A DNA stretch of 56,021 nt, filler included, from Bipalium vagum (GCA_037834085.1; 3 parts of 3 records of this genome joined end to end with filler, not necessarily neighbours in it), one strand, 5' to 3'. Shown: positions 1-12,704, counted from the first letter of the whole stretch. Notes: generated from the letters alone by a model not told the origin. Program-made: numbers and translations.

Positions 1-99
1 AGAATTTTTTATTAACAGATCAAATTGTTTTTTATAATCATTAGGATCACAACTTAGAAGTTTTTTGTGTTCTTTTTATTTTGGAGTCTCCACAGACTT

Positions 100-700
100 A
101 TAGATTTTTACCAGTCCGTATTTTATTGTCACCATGTATATTAGTACAAAACAAACTTTAATAAATCATAACCTTATAATTTCCTGTATTGATGCAATAT
201 TTTAATTGATAGACATTTCAATAAAAAATGTATCGTCTGTGATTCGTGTCTAGCACATATTGCTCAAAACATAAAAGGTGGGTGCAGCAATGGAAATATT
301 GAATTAATGATCACACTGGGTGGAATATTTGCAGGCCGGGATTATTAGTCTATTTAAATTATTCAATTACAAATTATCGAGTAATATAAATACCTAGAAG
401 AATTGTGACCGTGTAGAATTTACGAGAGATAGAAATTCATAACAGTCAAATAATAAAGTAGTACGAAGTTGGGTACTAAATTCATGGAAAAAATTTCAAA
501 TGTCAAAATTCCACGTTTTCCGACGGATTCAGTGATGACTTTAAAGAGTGACGCACTTCAAAACATGACGTGTATGATAAAGAATTTTGTGAATAATTGA
601 GAAATGATGCAGATGTTGGATTCAATGAACAGGAAATCGAAAGTATTAATCAGCATGTTGATATAATGATCACTAAATCAAATAGGATCATTAAGAAAAA
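100..700 (+). mobile_element. Degenerate pogo/Tigger-type (DDE_1) transposase fragment
   Basis: Broken frames read KKCIVCDSCLAHIAQNIK...NIELMITLGG..YLQAG and INT*KNCDRVEFTRDRN, resembling the DDE_1 pattern D-x-x-x-x-H...VIPGG.T..LQP.D and the pogo-type 'YTKGGN' region. Stops and frameshifts are present. Confidence 0.55.
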
Positions 701-1177
701 TATTTTCATGATACTATACGGCGTTTAAGGCTATATTCAACGATTTTCAACAAAATTCATAAAAGGATTATAAAAAATAAATAACATTAAATATTTAAGT
801 CATGCTCGATTATTGAGAAATATGAAGATATTTCATCAAATACTGAATAGAAAATTAACAGAAATAATTATTTCTAAGTCCTATGAAATTCTTTTGAAAA
901 ATAAAATAATTATAAATATAATGAAGCTCGAATAATGATGGTGATCATATTATTTCAATAATATTGAAATCATTTTCATAAAAATAATGAGTTTCTATTC
1001 ATCAACTGCACGTAAATGATGAGCATTAAATCAAGTTGAAGAATTCTGTGAAAATAGGCATTGATCAAACTATTAAGCATGTGCAGCTGTCCAGAAAATA
1101 CAGATCTCAGAAAAAATAATGAGAATAATAAAAATGCGTTTCTTCTTTCTCACTGCTCCCAGTTTTCTGTCAAATTC

Positions 1178-2740
1178 TCAAAAATTCACCACCAAATTTG
1201 AATTCATGGCCAATAATTCAGAAACATTGATCTGATCAAAGAGAAAACTAGAAATACAGTAAAAAATACTAAAACCCAAATTTTTTCTTATTCCACCAAG
1301 GTCCTGCTCAACTTTGGGTTCACATCTGCTAGTATAAATTCTCTTCGTATGTCTGGGTAGCTTAGCACCGGTGGATTGGTAAGGGCTGGTTTCATCTCTG
1401 AGAAGAATATACTGTACACTTCTGTCCAAAATAGTTTCTCTTTGTTCCGTTCACAAAGTTCCTCTAATGCTCTAGCCTTGTTTGCATAACCCTTGATGAA
1501 ACGCAGATAATATTTGTAAAGGCCTAGTAAACTTCGGAGAGTCTTAACACACTTTGGGAGTTCAAATTTGTTCGTAGGGTCGGTTCTCACACCCTCATTG
1601 TTAATAATATGCCCCAAAAATTTTATTTCTTTCTGAATTTGTCTGGGTTTATTCATAGTCCTGCTGAATCGATTGTCATCAGTACTTCATAAAGCATTTC
1701 TAGTGTTCTTCTAGGCCTTCAGAGAGTATTAGAATGTCATCTAGATACACGACAGCACCTCTCATACCTCACAGGATTTTGGTCATCAATTCTTGGAATG
1801 TACCTTGTTATGCAGCAATTCCGAATGGCATTCGATTGAAACAGAACTGTTCTGCTTTTGTCGAGAATGCTGAGTTCTCATTTGAATCTTCATCAAATTC
1901 TATCTGGTAGTAAACATGTCCGAAGTCCATAGAGCTGAAATAAACGATTTTATTAGACTGTCCAACATCTCATCTCAGGAAGGCCTGTCTTTTCGTTACC
2001 AGGTTAAGTCGTCGAAAATCTAGACAGAGTCTAATGTCTTTCTTTTCTTTCTTCCACACCCATATCAGCGGTGTATTCCAGGCCGAGTTGTACTTCTTCA
2101 TGATGTTATTCATAAATAAATTTTCAATTGCTTCATTAATCTTGTCTTCAAGATGCATAGGTTGCCTCGATGGCTTTACATTTATTGGGTCACCTTTTGT
2201 GACTATTCTATGTTTAAGTAGTCTGCAGCACCTGACATCCCATTTATCTGCCATCAATGCATCCGCATTTTTTCTTATTACTTAACCCGTTCTAGATCCT
2301 TCCTCCGTGTTAAGAGATCTCAAAGCTTTTTTCAAAATCTCTCTTCCTTGTGAGTACCGTTCTTCAAAAAATTTGCTTCAATATTGCATATGTGAAAGCT
2401 TTCATCCTCCACGGTAATTCGGATCAGCTGGAAACCAAATTTTCTCTGTAGCTGTATGCCTCGAAAAATATTTTGTTACTTTATCTACAACTATAAAATT
2501 TATCATTCTGCTAATATTCCCCAGTCGTACTTCTATTTATATAGTTCCTTTCACTTTCATTTCGCTATCATTCGCAAACCGTAAATTTTCATTACATCTG
2601 ACTATATTTATCCCCCTCAGTTCTTCCACTGTCTTCATGCTTATAACGTTTATCCTCGCTCCAGTATAATTGTGCAGAATTATACCCTTTACATCACACT
2701 TTTGATGGCTGTCAGAAATTACTGCAAAGGCTCTATGCAA
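1178..2740 (-). mobile_element. Ty3/gypsy LTR-retrotransposon pol relic (protease, RT, RT/RNase H linker)
   Basis: Protease-like 'YTGARINVIS' (2537-2740); RT 'SAWNTPLIWVWKKEKKDIRLCLDFRRLN'; YLDD at 1736-1747; 'IKFLGHII', 'LRSLLGLYKYYLRFIKGYA' and 'LTNPPVLSYPD'. Multiple frameshifts. Confidence 0.9.
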
Positions 2741-2745
2741 ACATG

Positions 2746-2937
2746 TGTAGTAGTTGATATTATATTATATATAATATCTAGTATATACTCTATAATAATA
2801 ATATTCCCGTTTGGTATTCCTATTATACTTAGTTCATCGTCTCAGTTGACTGAATACCATAACAATGAAGTACTCGCCTGACCTTCAGAACTGGAAATAG
2901 CTACATAACGCTTTATCTGGTGAATCGGTATTGTACA
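2746..2937. repeat. Short LTR-like segment
   Basis: 192 bp bounded by TGTA...TACA, directly adjacent to the gypsy protease relic. No second copy seen. Confidence 0.3.
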
Positions 2938-3073
2938 GAACCTTTAGTGAATATTATTAAAAAGGATATTTTTTTTGAAAACTATTTTAAAATCATTTCC
3001 TCAAAATATCAGTGAAAAAAGAAAACTTTTTTAATTAAGAAAACTTTCAATTTCGAAATAAACAAAAAATTAT

Positions 3074-4273
3074 TTATAAATTGTTGTTGGTTTTCGTTTG
3101 TTTTCGTCGGCTAAGGGTGTACTGATCGGTGGACTGGTGATCGCTTGAATGCAAAAAGATGCTTTTATGGTACAGTATCTTAGCACAAATGCAGCAGCAG
3201 CTTTTCAACTGTAACTTGAAGGCTCTTCGAAAATCCTGTTGATAAAATGCATATATGATCGGATTAAGAGTGGAATTGAAATATCCGATCCAAAAGAGAA
3301 TGTCGACAAAAATGGAACTTAGCTGGGGGCAAGACAAGCAAATATTTTTTATGGTCATCCAAAGGAAAAACGGAAGCCAACAGGCAATGAAGCATCCCAT
3401 GATGATACCCAAAGTTTTGGCGGCTTTATGTTCTTTTTGAATGGACAATTTTCCCACTTTATATTCATCTTTGGTTTTACTGTTCAGCTGCAAAAGTTTC
3501 TTTTCATTCTTTACTGATTTCGATTCGGTTCTTGATATTTGGTCGGCAAAGATCCGTCGTTTCATTTGAAAAATTTGATTCTCTTGTTTGCGAGCATCTT
3601 TGTAAATGAGGGCATAGACGACGGTCATGACGATCCCGGGAATCCAGAAAGATATTATTGAAGATCCTATTCCAAAATATGGATTGACATGAAATTCACA
3701 ATTATCCGGGTGAAGCTTTTGCCATTCCAGATTTTCTGTTGTGGAATACAGTCCAGTAAAAATTGGAATGTATGAAACGACAAGAGCATAAATCCAACAC
3801 CCTAACAACATCCCAATTGTATTTTTACTAGTCATGATCTGGTTATACTGAAATGGCATTTTAATGGAGAAGTATCTCTCCATACTTATGCAAGCAAGGT
3901 GAGCAATGGAGGCAGTGGAAAACAGAACATCATTTGCGTTGAAAAGATTGCAGAGAAATATTCCGAATATCCACAACCCATCAAATGCGATTATGCTGGC
4001 ATAAAACGTCATGACGCAGCATGATACCAGTAGGTCGGCCAATGCTAAAGAGACAACGAATCTGTTCGTGATCACTTTACGTAGTTTATAAAACCTAAGA
4101 ACGCTGATTATGACGAGACTGTTGCCGAAGACTGCAACGATAACTATTGTGAAAAGAATGATGACTTTAATACATTTCAGTACGATTTGAGAGGGTGGTT
4201 GAGTTGAATTTGTGACTGAGCTGTTTAGGCCTGACGCTGAGACAGAGGAGATGGCAGTCACTTCAAACAACAT
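3074..4273 (-). CDS. Class A aminergic GPCR, beta-adrenergic-like octopamine receptor (399 aa, intronless)
   Basis: Seven hydrophobic helices with GN (TM1), SLALAD (TM2), NANDVLFSTAS carrying the amine-binding Asp (TM3), ERY, SSIISFWIP (TM5 serines), EHKAAKTLGIIMG..CWLPFF (TM6) and LFWIGYFNSTLNPIIY (TM7). N-terminal NSS/NST sequons and a C-tail Cys cluster are present. Confidence 0.88.
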   Translation of the reverse strand: MLFEVTAISSVSASGLNSSVTNSTQPPSQIVLKCIKVIILFTIVIVAVFGNSLVIISVLRFYKLRKVITNRFVVSLALADLLVSCCVMTFYASIIAFDGLWIFGIFLCNLFNANDVLFSTASIAHLACISMERYFSIKMPFQYNQIMTSKNTIGMLLGCWIYALVVSYIPIFTGLYSTTENLEWQKLHPDNCEFHVNPYFGIGSSIISFWIPGIVMTVVYALIYKDARKQENQIFQMKRRIFADQISRTESKSVKNEKKLLQLNSKTKDEYKVGKLSIQKEHKAAKTLGIIMGCFIACWLPFFLWMTIKNICLSCPQLSSIFVDILFWIGYFNSTLNPIIYAFYQQDFRRAFKLQLKSCCCICAKILYHKSIFLHSSDHQSTDQYTLSRRKQTKTNNNL

Positions 4274-4619
4274 TTTCTGAAATTATTTTCATCTAGATCA
4301 GTTTTTTACATAGTCTAATCTTCAATTTTTTATATATTTAAAAATAGAAGAAAGAAATTTTTTTGTAAAAGTTTAGGTCCCATTAAAGGTTTGATACCCT
4401 TTTTCACTCTTGTAAAAATGATATCATTAATTTCTAAATTAAAAATGTACCTGTTCCATCCCATAAAAAAGTGGAAATAATAAATTTGATTTTAAACTAC
4501 GTAAAACTTTTTCTAAAAACAAAATTTTTTAATTAAAACATTTTTGAAATGCAAATCTTTCAGGAAACCAAAAACTATTTCTTCTACTGACTTATGAAAG
4601 ATTTTTGGTCAAAATGGGA

Positions 4620-5150
4620 AAATTGGAACTTGAATGCTGTACGGTCGAATGATTTTGTCAAGCTTTCGATGTAAATAAAAACTATGCCAGTAAGCAAAAA
4701 TTATTCCAATGAATTTTTTCACTTTACAGACTATTTTTAAAAGCACTGTTTTTTTGTGAAGCACCCTGTACGTGCAATCAGGGAGGAAAAAACATTATAA
4801 CACTCTCATAAGAAAAACTCCTGTATTAATTAAGGTAAATATATCAAATCAATTGATACAAGTTGACGTTGCGAAACCAAACTCAGAAAAGAATTTTAAC
4901 AGTCTCGTTGGCACTGAAAAATCTTGGTCAGACCACGAAGGTCATCGATCGTCATAAAAATTACAAAACAGATGAAGTGTAAAAAGTTGATATCAAAATT
5001 TGTTCTGACCCATTTTACAAAGTGAAGCATACAGAAATGATGTCATTAATCTGCAACAAGATGTACTAGTGTCAAAACATTTTCATTCAAATTGATAATG
5101 CTCGTCCACATGTTGGAAAGGCAACGTGAAAAAATTAAATGATTTTTGTA
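4620..5150 (+). mobile_element. Deleted mariner transposase remnant
   Basis: QIDNARPHVG at about 5088-5117 and a degenerate 'SGRP' HTH-linker region near 4935. Confidence 0.45.
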
Positions 5151-5725
5151 GGTCTGTTAGGATTATCAGAACTGTACAAATAATAAACTTCATCACAAAT
5201 TAGAGCTATGGAAATCGTACGGAAAAGAACTAATATATGGATTAGTCAAACTTCACTATAACAGTCCGCACAATCACCCGAGTTAAAAATTAGTTATCTA
5301 AGATTTTTTCATTCCTTGAATTATCGATGCCAAAAAATCCGTGTGCAACGACTTAGGTGTATTGTAGACCAATTTAAAAACAGATTTTTGATCCACTAAA
5401 GAAGAATCTATAACCTCGTCGTCGATATGAAGTCTAGAATCGTTAACCAGGCTAATACTTAAGGATGATTGTCTGTCAATGTTACTCATAAGGGATTAAT
5501 ATTAATATTTCATCTTGTATATTTGAAAAATAAAAATGGCTCTTGACTTTATAATTACTTTACAATGGAGTACCGAAATTTCTTGTTGAAAATAAAAGAA
5601 TTATTATTACAATTTTTAAATAAAATAATATATTTTTTTATGAAACATTTAAAAGTAATAATTTAAAATATAATATTAATATGTAATAAAATTAAGTATT
5701 TTATAAAAAAATTAATTGGATTGTA

Positions 5726-6475
5726 TTAGGTTGTATCGTAAGAGTCCGTGAATTCAAAATCATACAAACTATGATGAAATTGTATGAAGAAATATTAAAA
5801 AAATATTATTATAAAAAATAACAACCGTTATTATGTACAAAATTTTGCCATATTTCGGCAAGTTCTTTTAACTTAATGGAAAATTTCTCTAATTCTTTGA
5901 GATTAACAAATCGCTGTTCTGTCAAAAAATATTCCATCTATCTTAAAAATACAAAATCTGAGGATACCATGTCTGGACTATGAGGAGGATGAGACAAAAG
6001 TTCAATACCATCAAGTTTAATAAATTTATGTTTAAAACCTGTCTAAGACTGTGCTATCGGCAATGACACCCTCTTCAATGTCACAGATAGTCCCTGTAAG
6101 TTGAAAATTAATCAGAGATACCGGAATTCCAACCAAGGACCTTTCACATGTTCAAGGACTGTTCTAACCACTGGGCTACATCCCCAGAATAATTTTCAAT
6201 TTATCTCACAGTCTCTGCGGTGGCAATAACAATAAGGTATATTTTCGAATAATTACGGATTAAACCTGAAATTTCAATTTTTCGGTATTCATTTTACTAT
6301 AATTATAAATTTAAATAAATTCATTGTTTATGTTTATTTAAACAAAACATACAAAAATAGTTCGATAGTAAAATATCAATGATATAAAAAATTTTAGGAA
6401 TGGTTATTATAAATATTGATTTTGATAAAAGAAAATTAACCTATCAAAATCACGGAAACTTTTGATACAACCTAA
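5726..6475 (-). mobile_element. Internally deleted mariner element
   Basis: Imperfect TIRs TTAGGTTGTATCGTAAGAGTCCGTGA / TCACGGAAACTTTTGATACAACCTAA, with a left TA. The minus strand encodes LLSHPPHSPDMVSSDFVFLR (YSPDLAPSD motif). Confidence 0.8.
6114..6185 (-). pseudogene. tRNA-Ala-derived sequence (pseudogene or SINE head)
   Basis: Minus strand reads GGGGATGTAGCCCAGTGGTTAGAACAGTCCTTGAACATGTGAAAGGTCCTTGGTTGGAATTCCGGTATCTCT. It has a tRNA-Ala-type 5' end, A box and an acceptor stem retaining G3:U70. The D stem, anticodon arm and B box are damaged. Confidence 0.75.
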
Positions 6476-8030
6476 CATAATTTGTTTGAATTTTTAAATT
6501 TGTAAAATGTTCAGAAAACAAATTTATAATAATATTATTTCTACCAGTAATAAATATTTAATAATAATTTTAATAACTTAATAACTTAATAATTTTATTA
6601 AAAATATATTATTCCAATGTCTGTACATTAACTGCAAATTCTGTCAGAAAAATATATACTTTATTTTTAAAATATTTTGATAAAAAAATTGTAAAAGTAA
6701 ACTAGAGCTACAGATATCATTAGGAAAGAAGCATTTGTATATCACCTGCATGAGAATAATGGGAAATTGTTCGGAAATTTTTATTTGCATAAAAATTAGG
6801 AATATTTTTGTCAATATTTTTAAAAGTCAAGCTGAATATTCTTTTTTTTGAAAGCCAAATATTTTTAATAATAGTACAGTTGATTTTATTTATATTTATT
6901 TTTTATCATATTTGGTGATGGTATGAAATTTCAGGTTGTCTCTATATAAATAAATAACATCAATCCAAATAATTTCTAGGAAGAAACTTTGAAATTTCTT
7001 CTATATGAATACCATGCGTGAGGTTTCAAAAAATCTTTGAAAATGTTTTCTACAGGTATCTGATCAAGTAAGGCTTGTTAAGTTATGAAGTGACCACAAC
7101 CATTTCAAATGATAACTTGATAAGAAAAGTAGGTAGAATACGATCAAAGTGTTAGCGTTTTTCGTAACCCTGTGTGGCCATAGAGCAAGCTGGTCAATTT
7201 CCTATTGTAGTGTTTCGTTTATTTACTCCCTAATTCCTAGTGCATTTTTATATAATGAAATCGGTCTGGGAACATTTTGAATATATTTTAATTATTTTTA
7301 AAGTAATTGATAAACATTATTATTAATATTATAAATTACCTTTAATATATAAAATATTATTATTTTTTTTGTAAAAATGTTCAAATTTTCTGTGAATTTT
7401 ATCAATTATGAAATGAGGTAAAAACATGTGGATTCCCAATAAGCATAACTGAACAATTTGAAATATATTTGATTAAATACTTCGAAAACTTTGGCTTTGC
7501 CATCATAAACAATAAAATTTAGAAAAAGGTCAGGAATATCCATTAGATTCCCAATTCGTCTTTGATTAAGTCATGAAAAGAGGTTATTTAAGAAAAAAAG
7601 CTTTAGAAAGACTATGGTGTATAAATCTGTTTCCATCAACCGTAGTGAGTAAATAATTCATTATATATTATTAAATTTATTATAAAATATTATCTTCACT
7701 ACCGCTGGTTCTGGTGCAGTTATGTAAGACACAAATCTGTTAAATAACACAATTAAGTTGGTAAAATGATTGTTAAGGTTATTGATTATTCTGTAAAAAA
7801 TAATTAAAACACCATTAAAACAATCATCAGAGTTACATCACTGATTGATTTATCGATCATTATCTTTTTTAATTAATAAAATAATAATTAATAAATAAAC
7901 TTATAAAAAAAAGATTGAGAACCTTTTTTCAATGTTCAAATTCGTTTGAAAAATAATTAATTTTGAAAACATTAAAATCATTTTAAAGGCAAATTGAACT
8001 TACCCATAACACATTGGGACTAAATTGTAG

Positions 8031-10160
8031 GGCTAACTGTAAGAATCGCTGTTATAAAAAATGGAATAAAATATATTATAGGGCCACTCGCAGTCCAATC
8101 AGATATGCCATTGGGAAATACAGTTTGTGCAATTACTTTTACTTTATTACCTCCAGCCCAGATTGAAATGGGACAATTGTGGACAAAAGCTAATCTATTT
8201 ACCAACAGTAAGTACTGCCGTCGGCACCTGTTTACATAATGATCAGTTACGAGTAGTGATCTCAAACATTTGACGAAACCATTTCAGAATAATGATTTGT
8301 TTTCCATTGTTACCAATAATTATGGCAATATGTCTTTATTAAAATTCCCTTGATTTTAAAGGGATTTCAGACCCTATTGGGCACAATTTGTTTTCATTCA
8401 GTTTGTTGAAAATGACAGACAAGACTTCAACTTCCATTTTTATCATACTTATAAGGTCATGGTGGTTCTGTTTTGCATACTTTTATATACATAAATTTTT
8501 AGACATATTCCGTGGGTTAAATCAGTTTTCTCTTTAAAAATAAGCTTGCAATATCTTATTTATTTTACCTTTTCACTCAGATATTGTATTAGGTGTACAA
8601 CTATGACTCCGGCTTTTTTTTAAATGATAATAAAAATTTTGTTTGCATATATATCTAAATTATATTGAATTGATTTATAAACAAAAATATCATATAATTA
8701 ATAATATCACGAGACAGTTGTTTTAATATTCCTTGTTTAAATATTATAGAGATTCAAGATGTCAATATTCATCCGAAATTACGACATTTGCGGGAAGTAA
8801 TTTTACATTACTTTTTTGACAAGAAAACTACAGCGGAAACGTACCACTTGATTCGAGATACCTCTGGAGAAGATACCTTTGATGACCTCATGTAAAGATT
8901 GGTTTTACCATTTTATAAATGGCCAATATGATAAAAAAGACAAGGAGCATGGGAAGCACAAAAACAATGTGAAGATAGAGATTTGAGAAGCCCGTTGGAC
9001 GAAGACCATGTCAAACATAATCTGATATGGCTGTCGCATTAAATGTGACTCAACAATGCATTTCAAAACGTCTGGCAGCTTTCGGAATTATTCGAAAATT
9101 ATGAATTTTGATCCAACATGAATTTACAGAAAGATGCATTGAACGGCAAAAAAACATTGTGTAATGTTTTTCTTCAGAGACAAAAAAGGAAAAGTTTTTT
9201 GCATCAATTATCACAGGAGACTAAAAATGAATTCGTTATGACAATTCAAAACGCAAAGCAGCTGGGTGATGCCAGATAAACCCGGTCCATCAACACCGAA
9301 AAACAATTTCTAAGGTTTGAAAGTTATGTTGTGTATCTGGTGGGATCAGAAATGATTGATCTATTATAAATTTTTAAAATCTTCTCAAACACTAACTGGT
9401 GAACTTTATCGATCACAATTGACTCGTTTGAAGTAAGCTTTGAATGAAAAACGACCGGAATGGGTGACTAGACACGAAAAGATAATTTTACAACATGATA
9501 ACGCAAGACCACACGTTAATTCAGTTGTAAATAATTACTTAGAAGGTACAAAGTGGGAAGTCTTACCTCACCCGCCCTATTCACCAGACATCGCTCTTTC
9601 GAATTACCATTTGTTCCGCTCTTTGCAATCAGCACTTTCCTGAGAGCGGTTCAGTTTCCCTGAAGACCTCCAAAATTGGATTGACAGCTGGATTTCATCA
9701 AAAGAGTCAGAGTTTTTCTTTCATGGAATTCATTCGTTACCTGAAAGGTGAGCAACGGTTGTAGCTTCCAATGGAACATATTTTCAATAAATGTTTTTAA
9801 ATAAAATTTGTAATAAATGTCTTTCTTTTCTTATTTTAAAAATGCCGGAGTCTGAGTTGTTCACCTAATAACTCTCAATATTGCTTAAAGAGAAAACAGC
9901 CAGGAAATTGGAGTTATGCTAAATGTACCATGGCATAGTAGGAAGGTAATTAAAATCACAAATTCCAAGTGTATTGTCTGATAAAAGTATATTTAACCGA
10001 ATTTCTGTTTGTATTTCAGAATTCATTGAAAAACAAAAATAAGTCAATTTTTCAATTTTTGGTTCTGTACAAAAACAACATTGAAAAAGGAAGTTTTGAA
10101 GTTCAGTTACAGATCTAAAATCAAAATTATATCTACTGGACCTAATTTTGTGTTTGGTGG
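8031..10160 (+). pseudogene. Candidate multi-exon gene or pseudogene of unknown product, interrupted by a mariner
   Basis: Exon 8031-8207 (ttgtag|...|gtaagt) encodes LTVRIAVIKNGIKYIIGPLAVQSDMPLGNTVCAITFTLLPPAQIEMGQLWTKANLFTN. A 39-nt intron leads to a phase-compatible exon from 8247. Further AG/GT-bounded blocks lie at about 8362-8455, 8581-9945 (split by the mariner) and from 10020, with in-frame TAA codons. Some junctions are ambiguous. Confidence 0.4.
8589..9868 (+). mobile_element. Full-length (1280 bp) inactive mariner, Mos1/mauritiana-like
   Basis: TIRs TTAGGTGTACAACTATGACTCCGGC / GCCGGAGTCTGAGTTGTTCACCTAA with TA on both sides. Motifs RHLREVILHYF, ITGD*K, MLCIWWDQ, QHDNARPH and HPPYSPDIALSNYHLF (third Asp changed to Asn). 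Frameshifts present. Confidence 0.95.
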
Positions 10161-11299
10161 AATTCTGTGTAGAATTAAAAACTAAGATAATATTAAATCA
10201 ATACAATACTAGGTCACACTTGTATTTGGACACTTCATAAATTAAATTATCTTAATGAAATCTTCTTGAACATATATTCTTTAGATAAATTTTTTCCATT
10301 AATGCAGATCTGTTTTAATGGGAAACGGTTGGAGCCTCCCGAGACTCTCACTTTTTCTTTTCGAAATCCGAAAAATTCTAAGATGTATAATTATTAGGCT
10401 ATCTCAGAGATGGCAGAAGACTTTTGAAACCAATGGTAAATATCTAACAAATTAATGTTTGAATAGAAAACTTAAATTACACATTATTTTCTTAATTTGA
10501 CAAAGATCATGCACCAACCTAATAGGAAAAAATTTGAAAAATGAACCCAACTAATACTTTAATACAGAACAAACTGATTTTTAATTTAATGAGTTTTAGT
10601 ATGGAATTTTGGCTTAACTTCTCTGAGAAATCCAAGGATTAATTTTAAAAAATGATTTGATTTTCACTTATCGGGATTATGATTGGTAACATTTGGTTAA
10701 CATAAAATTTTATATATCGATCTGGTTGTATTTCAAATATTATATAATCCCTATTTTAAGGTTCATCGCAAAAAATTATTTATTTTATATTATATTATTT
10801 TACTTATTTAGGATAATAAAAAATATTTACTTTTGTTGTTTTATAATTGATTTTTTGTTTCGTATCGGTTTAAATGTGAAATTAAATAGACGAACCTGTT
10901 TTAATTTAAATATTTCTCGTGTTATGGGAATTATCGTTTCCACTTCAAAGAAATAAAATTAGTGGTTTGTAAATCTCTTGGAATTATTGATTAAATAGAA
11001 TTTTTTTGAATATTTTGAAATTTTCTATTGTTAGAAAATGTGGATGAATATTTTTTATGAACTTTGCTATTCAATTTAAAACTCTTTAAAGGTGACATGT
11101 TTTATTTTGTATCTTTAATTTTTTATTTTGTACTTATTTTTAAAAAATCATTTTATAAAAATAGACCTTTCATTTCATTTTAATTTTTAAAGTTTTGTTT
11201 AAATTTGAACAAAAATTTCTGATGGAGTAGAATTCTGTTAATTCCGGTGTAACTGTAAGGTTTGCCCGTATTATAAAATAATTTTTGAAAAATGTATTT

Positions 11300-11930
11300 A
11301 AAAGAATTTTAAATTTTCGATTGATGGATTAATAATTTCCTCTTCACAAATTCGATTCATTGCTAAAACGAAAGTCGGAAAGTCCATTTCTCAAGATTTA
11401 TTACAGGTGACGAAAAATCGATTTTATATCAAATTTCAAGCGCAAAAGATATTGGGCAAAACATAGTGAGCACTCAAAAATCATTGAAGAAAATTCACAA
11501 AAAATGTATTTCGGTGTATTTGGTGGGACTGGAAAAGAATCATATATTATGAATTGATTAAACAAAACAAAACAATCTATTCCAGTAAGTACTAGAATAA
11601 TAATTTGAACAGTAATCGAAGAAAAGTAACGTGGATTGAGAAATAAATATGGTGTAATCTTTAAACAAGATAACGTGCAATTTGGCTGGGATGTTTCGAA
11701 CCATTCAGTTTACTCATCAGACCTGGCACCATCAGGATTTTATTCAGATCCTTACAGAATTGTTTTTTTGAAAAAAATTTCAGTTCTTTAGAGAATTGCC
11801 TTTAGGATTTTCAAATTACCTGACAGATGACAAAAGTCGTTGACTTAAATGGTGCATGAATTTTAAAATAATATTTTTAAAAAATATAAAATCAACTGAA
11901 TTCTTAAAAAACGAATTTATTCAACCCAAT
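11300..11930 (+). mobile_element. Mariner 3' relic
   Basis: ITGDEKSILY, CIWWDWKRIIYYE, QDN and YSSDLAPS; terminal ...TTCAACCCAA-TA. Confidence 0.8.
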
Positions 11931-12704
11931 AGATTTAAAATAAGGTTTCACTTTTCGCGAAAAAACATGTACCGATCTAACTTAAATTAATTCATAATTA
12001 CCTTGTGTATTCATCCCTCTATAAAAAATAGCAAACTTTAAAATACTTATTCCATTTATAATTATTTTTAATGATAATTGTAAATGTAATTTCCAGAAAA
12101 TTACCTAAGCTCTGTAAAAAAATTGAGCGACTATAATTCATAATCAGAAAACTACTGTTGTTTTGAAATTAATAGATAATTTTATTATTTGAATTTATAA
12201 CAAACTTTTTTACATCCGTTGAAAATACAATCAATAAAAGTTGGTATTTTTATTTGAAATATAAAATAAGTGCTTTTCCCCATACAAAATGTACAAATTA
12301 GATAATAATGACAATTCGGTAATTATCACACAGTTCAAATATACACACAAACAACACAATGTGATTAAAGCTGTTTCAGCCTTCTCAGAGACTCAACTTA
12401 TTTCAGTCAACAGAAAAAACAAAAATATCACCAAAAGTGACCAAACAAACTCAAACAGTATCATTTTCGAACATTATTTAAAGCACAGTCGGTTAAAATA
12501 ATTGAATTTTCTCAATTACAATTCCATAATAATAATAGTAATAATATTGTCAATACAAAACTATCTCAAAAAAGAAGTGAAACTAAACAACAAACATGGA
12601 AAAGTGATAACGATGATATTTGATTTTTTATTTTGATAATGATAATAATTTTAAAGCTTTTTCTCTTTCTTTTTCTGGTAAATGACAAAATCTGAAAATC
12701 GTGG

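Noticed and set aside
6114-6185. Functional tRNA-Ala gene
   Set aside because: The D stem and anticodon arm are disrupted and the B box reads GTTGGAATT.
9880-10150. In-frame TAA codons in exon-like blocks suggesting stop-codon reassignment
   Set aside because: GCP3 (about 855 codons) and the GPCR (399 codons) have no internal TAA and both end in TAA. Pseudogene decay explains the pattern.
10393-10525. Small mariner MITE (TTAGG...CCTAA)
   Set aside because: The ends match over only about 5 bp, and the left part looks more like an exon block.
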